From: Candidatus Methanoperedenaceae archaeon
Lineage (GTDB): Archaea; Halobacteriota; Methanosarcinia; Methanosarcinales; Methanoperedenaceae
Assembly: GCA_963753595.1 (NCBI GenBank)
Contig: CAVWCX010000024.1
Coordinates: forward strand, 123,496 to 187,495
DNA length: 64,000 nt
Direction of reading: 5' to 3'
In this document: positions 1 through 9,132 of the stretch, in pieces
Position numbering within the stretch: the stretch's first letter is position 1
How the letters are laid out: every line of letters starts with the position of its first letter
Notes under the pieces: generated by a model
Told to the model about the DNA's origin: nothing
The model's input: the letters and a program-made list of their open reading frames with translations, nothing else
Database searches by the model: none
Translations under genes and position numbers: made by a program

Positions 1-380
1 AATTGAATGCCTATGGGATAAGGGTTGAAGATGTGGTGATGCCAGCTCGATATGGAAGAGAGAAATCCAAGATCAAATATAGCAGTTATATCATGAAAGT
101 CGCCCCGATGAATTTCAGGGGATTTTTATGGCGATTGAAAACAAAGTATGTTGTGCTTGATTTCCACCCTCTGGTATTTTTTTATCTTGCAAGCATGGCG
201 CTTATACCCGCAGGAGTGCTTTTTAGCATGTGGATATTTATCCAGAAATGGTTTCATCTCCAGGTATCACAAAACTTTCCTCTGCTTGCGGCTTTTATAA
301 CGCTTATGGGAATCCAGTTACTGTTATTTGCAATGCTTTTTGACATGCAGGCAGATAAGAGCAGGAGTGGAAATGTCTGA
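1..380 (+). CDS. glycosyltransferase family 2 protein, C-terminal part (runs off the left edge)
   Basis: Motif 'V.MPARYG.EKSKI' followed by two C-terminal TM helices, typical of dolichol-phosphate GT2 proteins. Confidence 0.75.
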   Translation, partial: LNAYGIRVEDVVMPARYGREKSKIKYSSYIMKVAPMNFRGFLWRLKTKYVVLDFHPLVFFYLASMALIPAGVLFSMWIFIQKWFHLQVSQNFPLLAAFITLMGIQLLLFAMLFDMQADKSRSGNV

Positions 381-383
381 AAG

Positions 384-893
384 TTATTTGTTCCTTCGAT
401 AAATGGAAGCTGCAATGAAAACCAGGGTAATAAATCCGATCACATCGGAGATGAAATCAATAGAGAAAACAGGAGTAAAAGAATTTTGAATTATATTCAG
501 GAAATAATCCACCCAATACTCCCCTGGTATGCCATGCGGGAACGCAAATCCAAATATAGGCCAGAATAGGGTTTCAGGCGCTGACCACATGCGATCTTCA
601 ATAATGTGAAGAAAAACGGCGCCGGATATGAAGAATATGTGCGCATCTTTGCTGCGCCTGTAAAGATAAAACCCAACAAGAAAGAGGAGGAAATTAAAAA
701 TTATTGTATGGGCAAAGAGGCGCCCGTTAGCAAGAGAATCAGCAAAAAGGACTCTGCCAATAAGCTTATCGATAATATCGGGCAAAATAGCCCCAAGTCC
801 CACATACCAGTATCGAATGTGAATATCAGGTCGAAGATATCCGAGAATGAAAAATATCCCGATCGTAATTCCGATATGTCCTAAAAGAAACAT
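384..893 (-). CDS. membrane-bound metal-dependent hydrolase (YdjM-like)
   Basis: Motifs 'GH', 'LPDIIDK', 'R.FAHT', 'HIIED' and 'FWP' in a hydrophobic 169-aa ORF. Confidence 0.8.
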   Translation of the reverse strand: MFLLGHIGITIGIFFILGYLRPDIHIRYWYVGLGAILPDIIDKLIGRVLFADSLANGRLFAHTIIFNFLLFLVGFYLYRRSKDAHIFFISGAVFLHIIEDRMWSAPETLFWPIFGFAFPHGIPGEYWVDYFLNIIQNSFTPVFSIDFISDVIGFITLVFIAASIYRRNK

Positions 894-1376
894 GATTATC
901 CAGACAGGTTTTATGACTTCAAAAACATTTTCCTTGAATGTGACATATGGGTTATACTTTGCGCGGGGTCAGGGGGTAGAGAAAGAAGCAAGCAGAGCTT
1001 AATCGGCTTAGAAAATCATTTGATATATTCCCGTGGGGAAAACCTGAATGGATCAACAAATACGATCAAATGCTTGATTTAACAGCTACAAAAACAGAAT
1101 ATCAAAAAGAAGTATATGGTCAAGTGCTTCAAGATGTTTTAAAAAGAGGCACAGCGCTACCCCAAACTGATACTGAACACATAAGCCAGGTATAAAGACT
1201 TATATCTCATATTCGCTTAACCTTTCAATTAAATTTTTTCAAATACTAATCCAAAGAGGTTAAACCCCATCATTTGACCGGATTAACAGGATGGACAGGA
1301 TCGGAATTTATCAATAGTTTGGGGATACCTCCTGCCAATAGTCCGGCGCGCTCGAATTGTGACGTGTACATATATA

Positions 1377-1718
1377 TTAATAGAACAATTCCAAAAGCTG
1401 TTTTTTTATGTCGTTGATTTTTTCTTCTTTTAATCGTGCAACAACGTTTATAATAATACTTTTTTCGACTGCATATATGGAATCGACTTTTACATAACTT
1501 GGTTCAATATCGATAGTCCCTTCTGCCAGGTCATCTCTTAGAATTTCTGACTCCCATACATTATCTCTGCTTCTGGATGTTACTCTCAATACAACTATGT
1601 CTATGGAGTGTTCATTATATTCCGAATTGCTGATTACCAGAGCAGGTCTAAACTTTGCCTCTTTTAAGTTGCTATAGGAAAAATCAACAAGTACAATGCT
1701 TCCCTGTTTTGGTGACAT
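1377..1718 (-). CDS. type II toxin, PemK/MazF family
   Basis: 'QGSIVLVDFSYSN...K.RPALVISN..YN' and 'VTS' signature; directly downstream of an AbrB-like gene. Confidence 0.9.
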   Translation of the reverse strand: MSPKQGSIVLVDFSYSNLKEAKFRPALVISNSEYNEHSIDIVVLRVTSRSRDNVWESEILRDDLAEGTIDIEPSYVKVDSIYAVEKSIIINVVARLKEEKINDIKKQLLELFY

Positions 1719-1943
1719 TTAATCTTGTTTCAGGGTCAATCTTTTAGCTGTGTATTCTTTCCAAACCGTATCTTCATTTTCCCAATCGATTTTTTTGGGT
1801 AGTATCTCTACTTTTTGAAGTATAACCTTCCCAGTGTTAATAGTAACGTCTAAATAATCACCAACGCTAATATTTAATTTCTCTCGAATAGACTTTGGAA
1901 GTGTTAATAGCCCTTTTGATGATACTTTAACCAATTCGCTCAT
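1719..1943 (-). CDS. AbrB/MazE/SpoVT family antitoxin
   Basis: 'VKVSSKGLLTLPKSIREKLNI..GD.L' AbrB pattern; its stop abuts the toxin start. Confidence 0.9.
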   Translation of the reverse strand: MSELVKVSSKGLLTLPKSIREKLNISVGDYLDVTINTGKVILQKVEILPKKIDWENEDTVWKEYTAKRLTLKQD

Positions 1944-2255
1944 GTCTTAGATGTTAGAATTCTAAGATATTAAGCTTATCGGATGCACAACAACGTCGAA
2001 GGTGACCCTTATATGAAAAGAGGTATTTACTACAAATGAAAAAAGGAACTGCAAATGAAGCTCCACATAGTAGAGCGGTGGGGCATATCATTAATTCGAC
2101 CTGGAGTTTCTTGAGCCTGCCTTATCCAACACATAGTGGAGTTGGGGGTATACCGATAAAATAAACGCAAAAAGCTTGAATATAAAGGAAGAAGTTTCAT
2201 GTGCCTCAATTACTAAGACAAGAAAGGGGAAGTCGTATAGATATATGGAACCTAA

Positions 2256-4223
2256 GTGAAAAATATGAGAAAACTACATCTTTTATTGTTTATATCATGT
2301 TTAATCCTTCTCTTATATGGGATAATTACCTTCAATAACTCAGGTCAAAATTCTCCAGAGGTCTATATCTCAATTACAGAGCCAAATCTTGATACATTCA
2401 AATTTAATTGGAACGGCACGAACTACAGTTTTTACGACTCTTCTTTAGTATTGGCTATGAACTTCAACAATAATTCCGCAATTGGTGAAAATGCAACAAA
2501 GGTTGTTGATATCTCAAAATATGGGAATAATGGAACGATTAACGGCGCTACATGGACTTCGGATGGACGATTCGGAGGAGCTATGCAATTTGATGGAGTG
2601 GATGATTATGTGGATGCCGGGAATGGAGCGAGTACGGATCTGGGTAATAATGATTTTACTATTGAAGCCTGGGTTAAATCTATTAATTCCACCAACGGCA
2701 GCGGAATAGTTTCAAAAGGTTCCTGGGGCAATATTGGATTTTTTATTTCCTATGCCTATAATCCTGCAAATGATTTATATTTTGGAATTCGTGACTCGCA
2801 AGGATATAAATCTGCGCTTTTTTTTAAAAGCTCAACCTATAATTGGACTCACCTGGTTGGTATAAAGACAAATAATCATTTAGAGACCTGGGTAAATGGT
2901 GTTAAAATGAACGAATATAATGGTCGGATCGGGTCAATAAGTAATCCGGGGCTAAATCTAACGATCGGAAAAAGTTCCAATGGTTATTATTTTAATGGCT
3001 CAATCGATGAATTGCGGATCTGGAATCGTGCATTATCACCAGGTGAAATCAAAATGCATTACCAGTCAGAATTCCAGAAATACGATTCGACAGAATGGCG
3101 TTTCTATGATAATATTTCATGGTCGCCCTGCGGCATGGATAAATTTGGGAGTGATGCAAATCCAACAGGAGATCCAATTGGGGGTGGCGAGGGATATTCC
3201 AGGATCATCAGCGCATCTTCCGCAAAATACATAGTAAACAACAAGAGCGAACTACTTTCGGCATTATCAGCTGCTGTGGAGGGAGATGTGATTTATGTGG
3301 ATGACAATGCTAAAATAAATCTTACTTTTGAACATGATATTATGATCCCTGCTGGTGTTACTTTAGCGAGCGGTCGCGGTAGAGCAGGTTCAAAAGGTGC
3401 ATTATTATATACAGATGAACTAATAAATATCACTGGTTTAGTTCAGATGTTTATTACTGGTGGCAATGGTGTCCGTATAACTGGAATTCGTTTACGAGGG
3501 CCAGATAATCAGACAAGAAATAGTGCATATGAATTTGCAAATTCTCGCGGTATATATTCGGTGCATGATGTTGAGGTTGATAATTCCGAATTATCAGGCT
3601 GGAGCCACTGTGCGGTGTGTTTGTATTATACTCCCAGATCAGTCACTCCATATATCCATCATAATTTTATTCATCACAACCGCAGATCAGGGCTAGGTTA
3701 TGGTATCGTACATGCCTTTGGTGGAAATTCAATTATAGAAGCAAATATATTTGATTGGAACCGTCACAGTATAGCAGGAGACGGAACAATAAATACGAGT
3801 TATATTGCACGTTATAATCTTGTGCTTGGAAATGGGAATGGCCATAGCTTTGATATGCATGGGGGGGCTGACCGAAAAGATGGGACCAATATTGCAGGAG
3901 AAACTATAAACATATATCGTAATACATTTTATAATGTTTTTAATATAAATTATTCGTATCCTGCCGTTGTTATAAGAGGGATTCCCACAAACGGTTCATG
4001 GATCCATGATAATTACCTTTATTACGATTCCCAGGAATATGCTATACGACAGTCAAACGCGTTTGGAAACATGAATGTTTATCGGAACTGTTATAATAGG
4101 TATCTGGATAATATTGAAAGTGGCTCCTTCACATATTATGCCCTGACGAGTGACTTTTTGGGAAATTCAAATAGTTCTGAAATTAGAACGATCACGATAA
4201 AAAGCAAAAATTTGCCGCCATAA
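2256..4223 (+). CDS. secreted LamG-like jellyroll plus right-handed beta-helix protein
   Basis: N-terminal hydrophobic signal; LamG motifs 'FDGVDDYV' and 'FNGSIDELRIWNRALS'; parallel beta-helix repeats ('IHHNFIHHN', 'IEANIFDWNRHSI'). Confidence 0.8.
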   Translation: MKNMRKLHLLLFISCLILLLYGIITFNNSGQNSPEVYISITEPNLDTFKFNWNGTNYSFYDSSLVLAMNFNNNSAIGENATKVVDISKYGNNGTINGATWTSDGRFGGAMQFDGVDDYVDAGNGASTDLGNNDFTIEAWVKSINSTNGSGIVSKGSWGNIGFFISYAYNPANDLYFGIRDSQGYKSALFFKSSTYNWTHLVGIKTNNHLETWVNGVKMNEYNGRIGSISNPGLNLTIGKSSNGYYFNGSIDELRIWNRALSPGEIKMHYQSEFQKYDSTEWRFYDNISWSPCGMDKFGSDANPTGDPIGGGEGYSRIISASSAKYIVNNKSELLSALSAAVEGDVIYVDDNAKINLTFEHDIMIPAGVTLASGRGRAGSKGALLYTDELINITGLVQMFITGGNGVRITGIRLRGPDNQTRNSAYEFANSRGIYSVHDVEVDNSELSGWSHCAVCLYYTPRSVTPYIHHNFIHHNRRSGLGYGIVHAFGGNSIIEANIFDWNRHSIAGDGTINTSYIARYNLVLGNGNGHSFDMHGGADRKDGTNIAGETINIYRNTFYNVFNINYSYPAVVIRGIPTNGSWIHDNYLYYDSQEYAIRQSNAFGNMNVYRNCYNRYLDNIESGSFTYYALTSDFLGNSNSSEIRTITIKSKNLPP

Positions 4224-4583
4224 ATCCATCAAAACTTTCTGCGCTATATTGACACTGAACTAAAACGAACTGCGACAAATTCTTTGAAACCCTGATAGGT
4301 CCATCTTAAATTATATTTTTTAAAAGTCTAGGTGCCTCTGCGATCCACAAAACCCCTAGAACACCAAAAAGCCATCCTGTGAATTTTTTATGCATCACCG
4401 AAAGGATTAAATTAATGACAGATATCTAAAACGAACAAGATATTGAAAAACAATGGTGGTATTAAAAATCATTGGACACCTGTAACAATGTATCTGGTGA
4501 ACTATTTTAATATCATTAAAAGAGTAACCATTGAAGAAAATTAATTCGAAAAAAAGTAAATCAATAAAATACTTATTAAAACC

Positions 4584-4980
4584 ATGCCCCTCGATTTTAT
4601 CCTCACCAAATTCCGCTACCTATGCACCTGCGTAACGAAGCACTACCCTACCCTGACTCTTGCGGAGTACTTCCGGGGAAAAGATATGCCTTCGCGCTTC
4701 GCCATGATGCGTTACGACATTGACAGGAAGCCGGAGAATGCGCTTTTTACGGTGAGGGTAGAAGCCGAGTCGGGAATAAGGGCGACGTATTATTTCAGGA
4801 GGTATGGAAGTGCGTTTAGTCCTGATATTATGAGGGAGATAGAGGGAATGGGGCACGAAGTGGGATATCATTACGAGGTTTTTGGGAAGGCGAAGGGGGA
4901 TAAGGAGAGGTCTATCCGAGTTATTTAAACACGAGTTGAATGAAATCATAGAAACATGCGATGCTAGAGGTTTACATGCT
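4584..4980 (+). pseudogene. truncated polysaccharide-deacetylase-like gene
   Basis: Motifs 'MRYDID', 'GIRATYYF' and 'GHEVGYHYE'; the ORF stops at 114 aa and 'FKHELNEI' continues in another frame. Confidence 0.65.
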
Positions 4981-5012
4981 TAAAAGGATTATTTTAATCA
5001 GTTATATGAATA

Positions 5013-6104
5013 ATGAAGAGAGGCACTAAATTGAAAATATTAATAGATATCGGGCATCCAGCACATGTTCATTTCTTCAAATATTTTATCTCAAATATGA
5101 AGGAAAAAGGCCACAAAGTGTTAGTTACTGCCAGAAATAAGGATGTAACATTGGATTTATTGAAAGCATATCAAATTGATTTTATTCCAGTAGGTGCAAT
5201 AGGAAATACTAAATTAGATCTGATTACTGAATGGATGAAAAGGGATTATGAAATAGTTAAAATTGCAGGTAAGTTTAATCCTGATATTTTAATGGGAATG
5301 TTAAACCCATGCGCTGCTCATGCGTCAAAATTACTTAGAAAAAAATCAGTTATTTTTAATGATTCCGAAGTGGTAGCATCAACCGCTCTTATAACTTATC
5401 CATTTGCAGATGTTATCTGTACACCAATGAATTTTAGTAAGAATCTAGGTAAAAAACATGTTAGATTTAATGGATATAAGGAACTCGCCTATTTGCATCC
5501 CAACCATTTTAAACCTAATCCAGATATTTTTAAAGATTTAAATATAGATATCAATGACAAATATATCGTCATGCGTTTTGTCGCATGGAAAGCTGGTCAT
5601 GATGTAAAACAAAGAGGTTTTGATTTAAATACTAAAATAAAATGTGTCAGAGAACTGGAAAAGTATGGTAGAGTATTCATCTCCTCGGAAGATAAACTTC
5701 CTAAGGAACTGGAGGATTATCGCATAAAATTTCCACCAGAAAAAATGCATAGCCTTTTGTATTATGCACAAATGCTGATTGGGGATAGCCAAACTATGAC
5801 AACCGAAGCTGCCGTTTTAGGAACTCCTGCTATTCGTTATAATACATTTGTTGGCGAAAAAGACATGAGTAATTTTATTGAACTTGAGAAAAAATATGTT
5901 CTCATCCATAGTTATGATGATCCAGACAAAGCCATTAACAAAGCGATCCAACTAATACAGAGGCCAAACCTAAAAGAAGAATGGAAAGGTAAAAGAGAGA
6001 TGCTTCTAAAAGATAAAATCGATGTGACTGAATTTATGATTTGGTTTATTGAAAATTATCCCAAGAGTCTTGAGAAAATAAGAGAAAATGAAATATTAGG
6101 TTAG
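5013..6104 (+). CDS. DUF354 family protein (GT-B-like)
   Basis: Motifs 'ILIDIGHPAHVHFFK', 'GYKELAYLHP' and 'TMTTEAAVLGTPAI'. Confidence 0.85.
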   Translation: MKRGTKLKILIDIGHPAHVHFFKYFISNMKEKGHKVLVTARNKDVTLDLLKAYQIDFIPVGAIGNTKLDLITEWMKRDYEIVKIAGKFNPDILMGMLNPCAAHASKLLRKKSVIFNDSEVVASTALITYPFADVICTPMNFSKNLGKKHVRFNGYKELAYLHPNHFKPNPDIFKDLNIDINDKYIVMRFVAWKAGHDVKQRGFDLNTKIKCVRELEKYGRVFISSEDKLPKELEDYRIKFPPEKMHSLLYYAQMLIGDSQTMTTEAAVLGTPAIRYNTFVGEKDMSNFIELEKKYVLIHSYDDPDKAINKAIQLIQRPNLKEEWKGKREMLLKDKIDVTEFMIWFIENYPKSLEKIRENEILG

Positions 6105-6105
6105 C

Positions 6106-7935
6106 ATGTGCGGCATCAATGGATTCAATTGGAAAGATACAGCTCTAATAGAAGATATGAACCGAGCAACAAAACATAGAGGTCCAGATGACAAAGGGAT
6201 TTATGTCGATGAAAAGACCTCATTGGGTCATGTTCGACTTTCAATAATTGACTTGTCGGAAAAAGGCCATCAGCCGATGTCTAATGAAGATGGAACGATA
6301 TGGATAACCTATAATGGGGAAGTTTATAATTTTCAGGAGTTAAGGTCTGACCTGTTAAAAAAAGGGCATGTATTTAAAAGCAATACTGATACTGAAGTAA
6401 TTATCCATGCCTATGAAGAATATGGTTTAGACTGTGTAAATCAATTTAACGGCATGTGGGCTTTTTGTATATACAACAAAAACAAAGATATTCTGGTTTT
6501 AAGCAGGGATCAATTTGCTATCAAGCCTCTTTATTATTATATAGAAAATAATAAATTTATTTTTTCCTCCATGATCTCTGGAATCTTAAGTCATGAAATT
6601 AAGACTGCTCCAAATGAGAGGGCGATAATGGACTATCTCGCATTCAACCTTGAGCACCATAAACAATATTCATTTTTTGAAAATATATACTCGCTGCCAC
6701 AAGGTAGCACACTGACATATGACCTTAAAACCAATGGTCATAATATCAAGCAATGGTATCAATTAAAATTTAGAAGCGTGGAAAATGAAGGGATTATTCG
6801 AGACAAATTTATAGAGAGTGTCAGATTAAGGACAATATCAGATGTTCCAGTAGGCAGTTGTTTGAGCGGCGGAATTGATTCCTCGGCAATAGTGTGCACT
6901 CTGGATATGATTTTAAAAAATAAATTTTTTACATTTTCTCTTGTCGTGCCTGGAAGCTCGAAGGATGAGAGTAAATATATCAAAGAGGTTGGAAGGAATA
7001 CAAAGACGCAACAATTCTTCACTACGATAGGCGTTGATGACTTTCTAAAAGAAGTGGATGACTTTATTATTGCGCAGGAAGAGCCAGTAACAGGATTAAG
7101 TCCATATGCTCAATATCGAGTAATGAAACTTGCCCATGAACAAGGCACGAAAGTGCTTCTTGACGGGCAGGGTGGAGATGAGATATTTGTAGGATATGTG
7201 TATTATTTTAGTTATTATTTTTATGAATTATTTACAAAATTTAAGTGGTATACGTTGATTAAAGAAATGGTGCTATATATAAAAAATTTTAAAAATGTTT
7301 ATCCACACTCAGTGCTTGCATTTTTATTCCTGCCGGAATCGCTGAAATATATCTTATGGAAAACATTTAGCAATAAATGGATAAATCATGAACTGCTTGA
7401 GAAAGTATGTGTCGATAAAGACCCACGATGGAAAGCCATGAGCCTGAATGATAGTCTTAGATTAACACTTTTTTCTACTGCGATTCCGCATCTATTGCGA
7501 TGGGAAGATAAAAACTCTATGAGGTGGAGCATTGAAAGCAGGGTTCCATTTCTGGATGTTGGGCTTGTAGAAACGGCATATTCTCTACCCTCAGAACAAA
7601 AATTATTCAATGGAAGGACAAAAGTAATTTTTAAAAGGACATTGGATACTCTTATTCCAAAGATGATACAAAATAGGAAGGATAAAATTGGATTTGAAGC
7701 ACCGGTAGATGCTCTTTTCAGGAATGAAACGATCGTAGAATTTTGTAAAGAAATTATTTATTCTGAAAGTTTTAAGAACAGACCTTATTGGAAATGGAAT
7801 GAAGTGGAAAAAATATTTATTAGTCATATTCAAAACAAAAAGAATGCAGGTGATACGATTTGGAAGTGGATAAATCTGGAAATATGGTTGAGGGAATTTT
7901 TTAATGAACAAAAAATCAGAAGAGTCAAAAGTTAA
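6106..7935 (+). CDS. asnB: asparagine synthase (glutamine-hydrolysing) family amidotransferase, glycan-associated
   Basis: N-terminal MCGI; motifs HRGPD, RLSIID, NGEVYN, LSGGIDSS, DGQGGDE and ESRVPFLD. Confidence 0.95.
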   Translation: MCGINGFNWKDTALIEDMNRATKHRGPDDKGIYVDEKTSLGHVRLSIIDLSEKGHQPMSNEDGTIWITYNGEVYNFQELRSDLLKKGHVFKSNTDTEVIIHAYEEYGLDCVNQFNGMWAFCIYNKNKDILVLSRDQFAIKPLYYYIENNKFIFSSMISGILSHEIKTAPNERAIMDYLAFNLEHHKQYSFFENIYSLPQGSTLTYDLKTNGHNIKQWYQLKFRSVENEGIIRDKFIESVRLRTISDVPVGSCLSGGIDSSAIVCTLDMILKNKFFTFSLVVPGSSKDESKYIKEVGRNTKTQQFFTTIGVDDFLKEVDDFIIAQEEPVTGLSPYAQYRVMKLAHEQGTKVLLDGQGGDEIFVGYVYYFSYYFYELFTKFKWYTLIKEMVLYIKNFKNVYPHSVLAFLFLPESLKYILWKTFSNKWINHELLEKVCVDKDPRWKAMSLNDSLRLTLFSTAIPHLLRWEDKNSMRWSIESRVPFLDVGLVETAYSLPSEQKLFNGRTKVIFKRTLDTLIPKMIQNRKDKIGFEAPVDALFRNETIVEFCKEIIYSESFKNRPYWKWNEVEKIFISHIQNKKNAGDTIWKWINLEIWLREFFNEQKIRRVKS

Positions 7936-9103
7936 TAAAAGTCTACTATTTGTGTCCCATAATTATAGTACATTTGTTAAGGATCAAATAGAACAAGTAT
8001 CGGATAATTTTAATAACATAACTGTTTTGTCCAGATATAATCCAATTTCGGAGATCTCAAATATCTTTCCGATACATCGCCTGAGACCATTTAGAAAGGC
8101 ATCGATAATTGATCTATCAAACAAGCCTTCCAATGTTAATGTAATAGTTACACCAATATTTTATTTACCTATTGATTCAGGATATAAAAATCTTGGAGAG
8201 AAGCATTTTAAAATAGTAGATAGAAAAATAGAGAGGGATAACATAAGATTCGATTTGATTCATTCTCACTTTCTATGGTCTGCAGGATATGTTGGAGCAA
8301 AACTAAAGGAGAAATATAATATACCATTTGTAGTTACTGCTCATGGCTATGATATTTATGATTTACCTTTTAGAGACAATGAATGGAAAGAAAAAATCAG
8401 ATACGTTCTTGATTCTGCAGATTGTATTATAACGGTAAGTGATAGTAATCTGAAATGTATTAGAGAATTAAATGCGAAAACACCAGTCCAGGTAATGCCA
8501 AATGGTTTCCGAAGAGATCTGTTTTACCCACAAGATTCAAAAGAATGCAGAAAAAAATTAAATCTCCCACTCGATCGAATGATATTATTGAGCGTTGGAT
8601 GTGTATATGACGAAGTAAAAGGTGGGAAATATTTAATAGAGGCAATAAGAGAAATAGTAAAGTATAGAAAAGAAATTCTATGTATCATTATAGGCAGCGG
8701 AGCGTTAAAAAATAAATTGCAGAAACAAATTGAAAAAGCAGGATTGAAGAATTATATTATACTAGTTGGAGGGCAACCACATAATGAGATTTCAATCTGG
8801 ATGAATGCGTGTGATGTTTTTGTTCTCCCGAGCTTGAGAGAGAGTTTTGGAGTGGTGCAAATCGAGGCAATGGCCTGCGGAAAACCAATTGTAGCAACTT
8901 ACAATGGGGGAAGTGAAGAAATAATTATTTCAGATGATTATGGGTATTTGTGCGAACCAGCAAATTCAAAAAAGTTAGCAGAAAATATTTTAATGGCATT
9001 AGATAAGGTATGGGATGACAATAAAATAAAAAAATATGTTGAAAAATTTACTTGGAAGAACGTCGTAAAAGAGATATTAGAAACATATTCCATTGTTTTA
9101 TGA
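7904..9103 (+). CDS. glycosyltransferase family 4
   Basis: 'TAHGYD' and the EX7E motif 'PSLRESFGVVQIEAMACGKP'. Confidence 0.92.
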   Translation: MNKKSEESKVNKSLLFVSHNYSTFVKDQIEQVSDNFNNITVLSRYNPISEISNIFPIHRLRPFRKASIIDLSNKPSNVNVIVTPIFYLPIDSGYKNLGEKHFKIVDRKIERDNIRFDLIHSHFLWSAGYVGAKLKEKYNIPFVVTAHGYDIYDLPFRDNEWKEKIRYVLDSADCIITVSDSNLKCIRELNAKTPVQVMPNGFRRDLFYPQDSKECRKKLNLPLDRMILLSVGCVYDEVKGGKYLIEAIREIVKYRKEILCIIIGSGALKNKLQKQIEKAGLKNYIILVGGQPHNEISIWMNACDVFVLPSLRESFGVVQIEAMACGKPIVATYNGGSEEIIISDDYGYLCEPANSKKLAENILMALDKVWDDNKIKKYVEKFTWKNVVKEILETYSIVL

Positions 9104-9132
9104 TTTTATTTTTTAGCTTATCCAAGGCATAT

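Noticed and set aside
1278-1301. Short ACAGGAT direct repeat (ccggattaacaggatggacaggat)
   Set aside because: Only two or three short units; cannot be supported as a repeat family from this window alone
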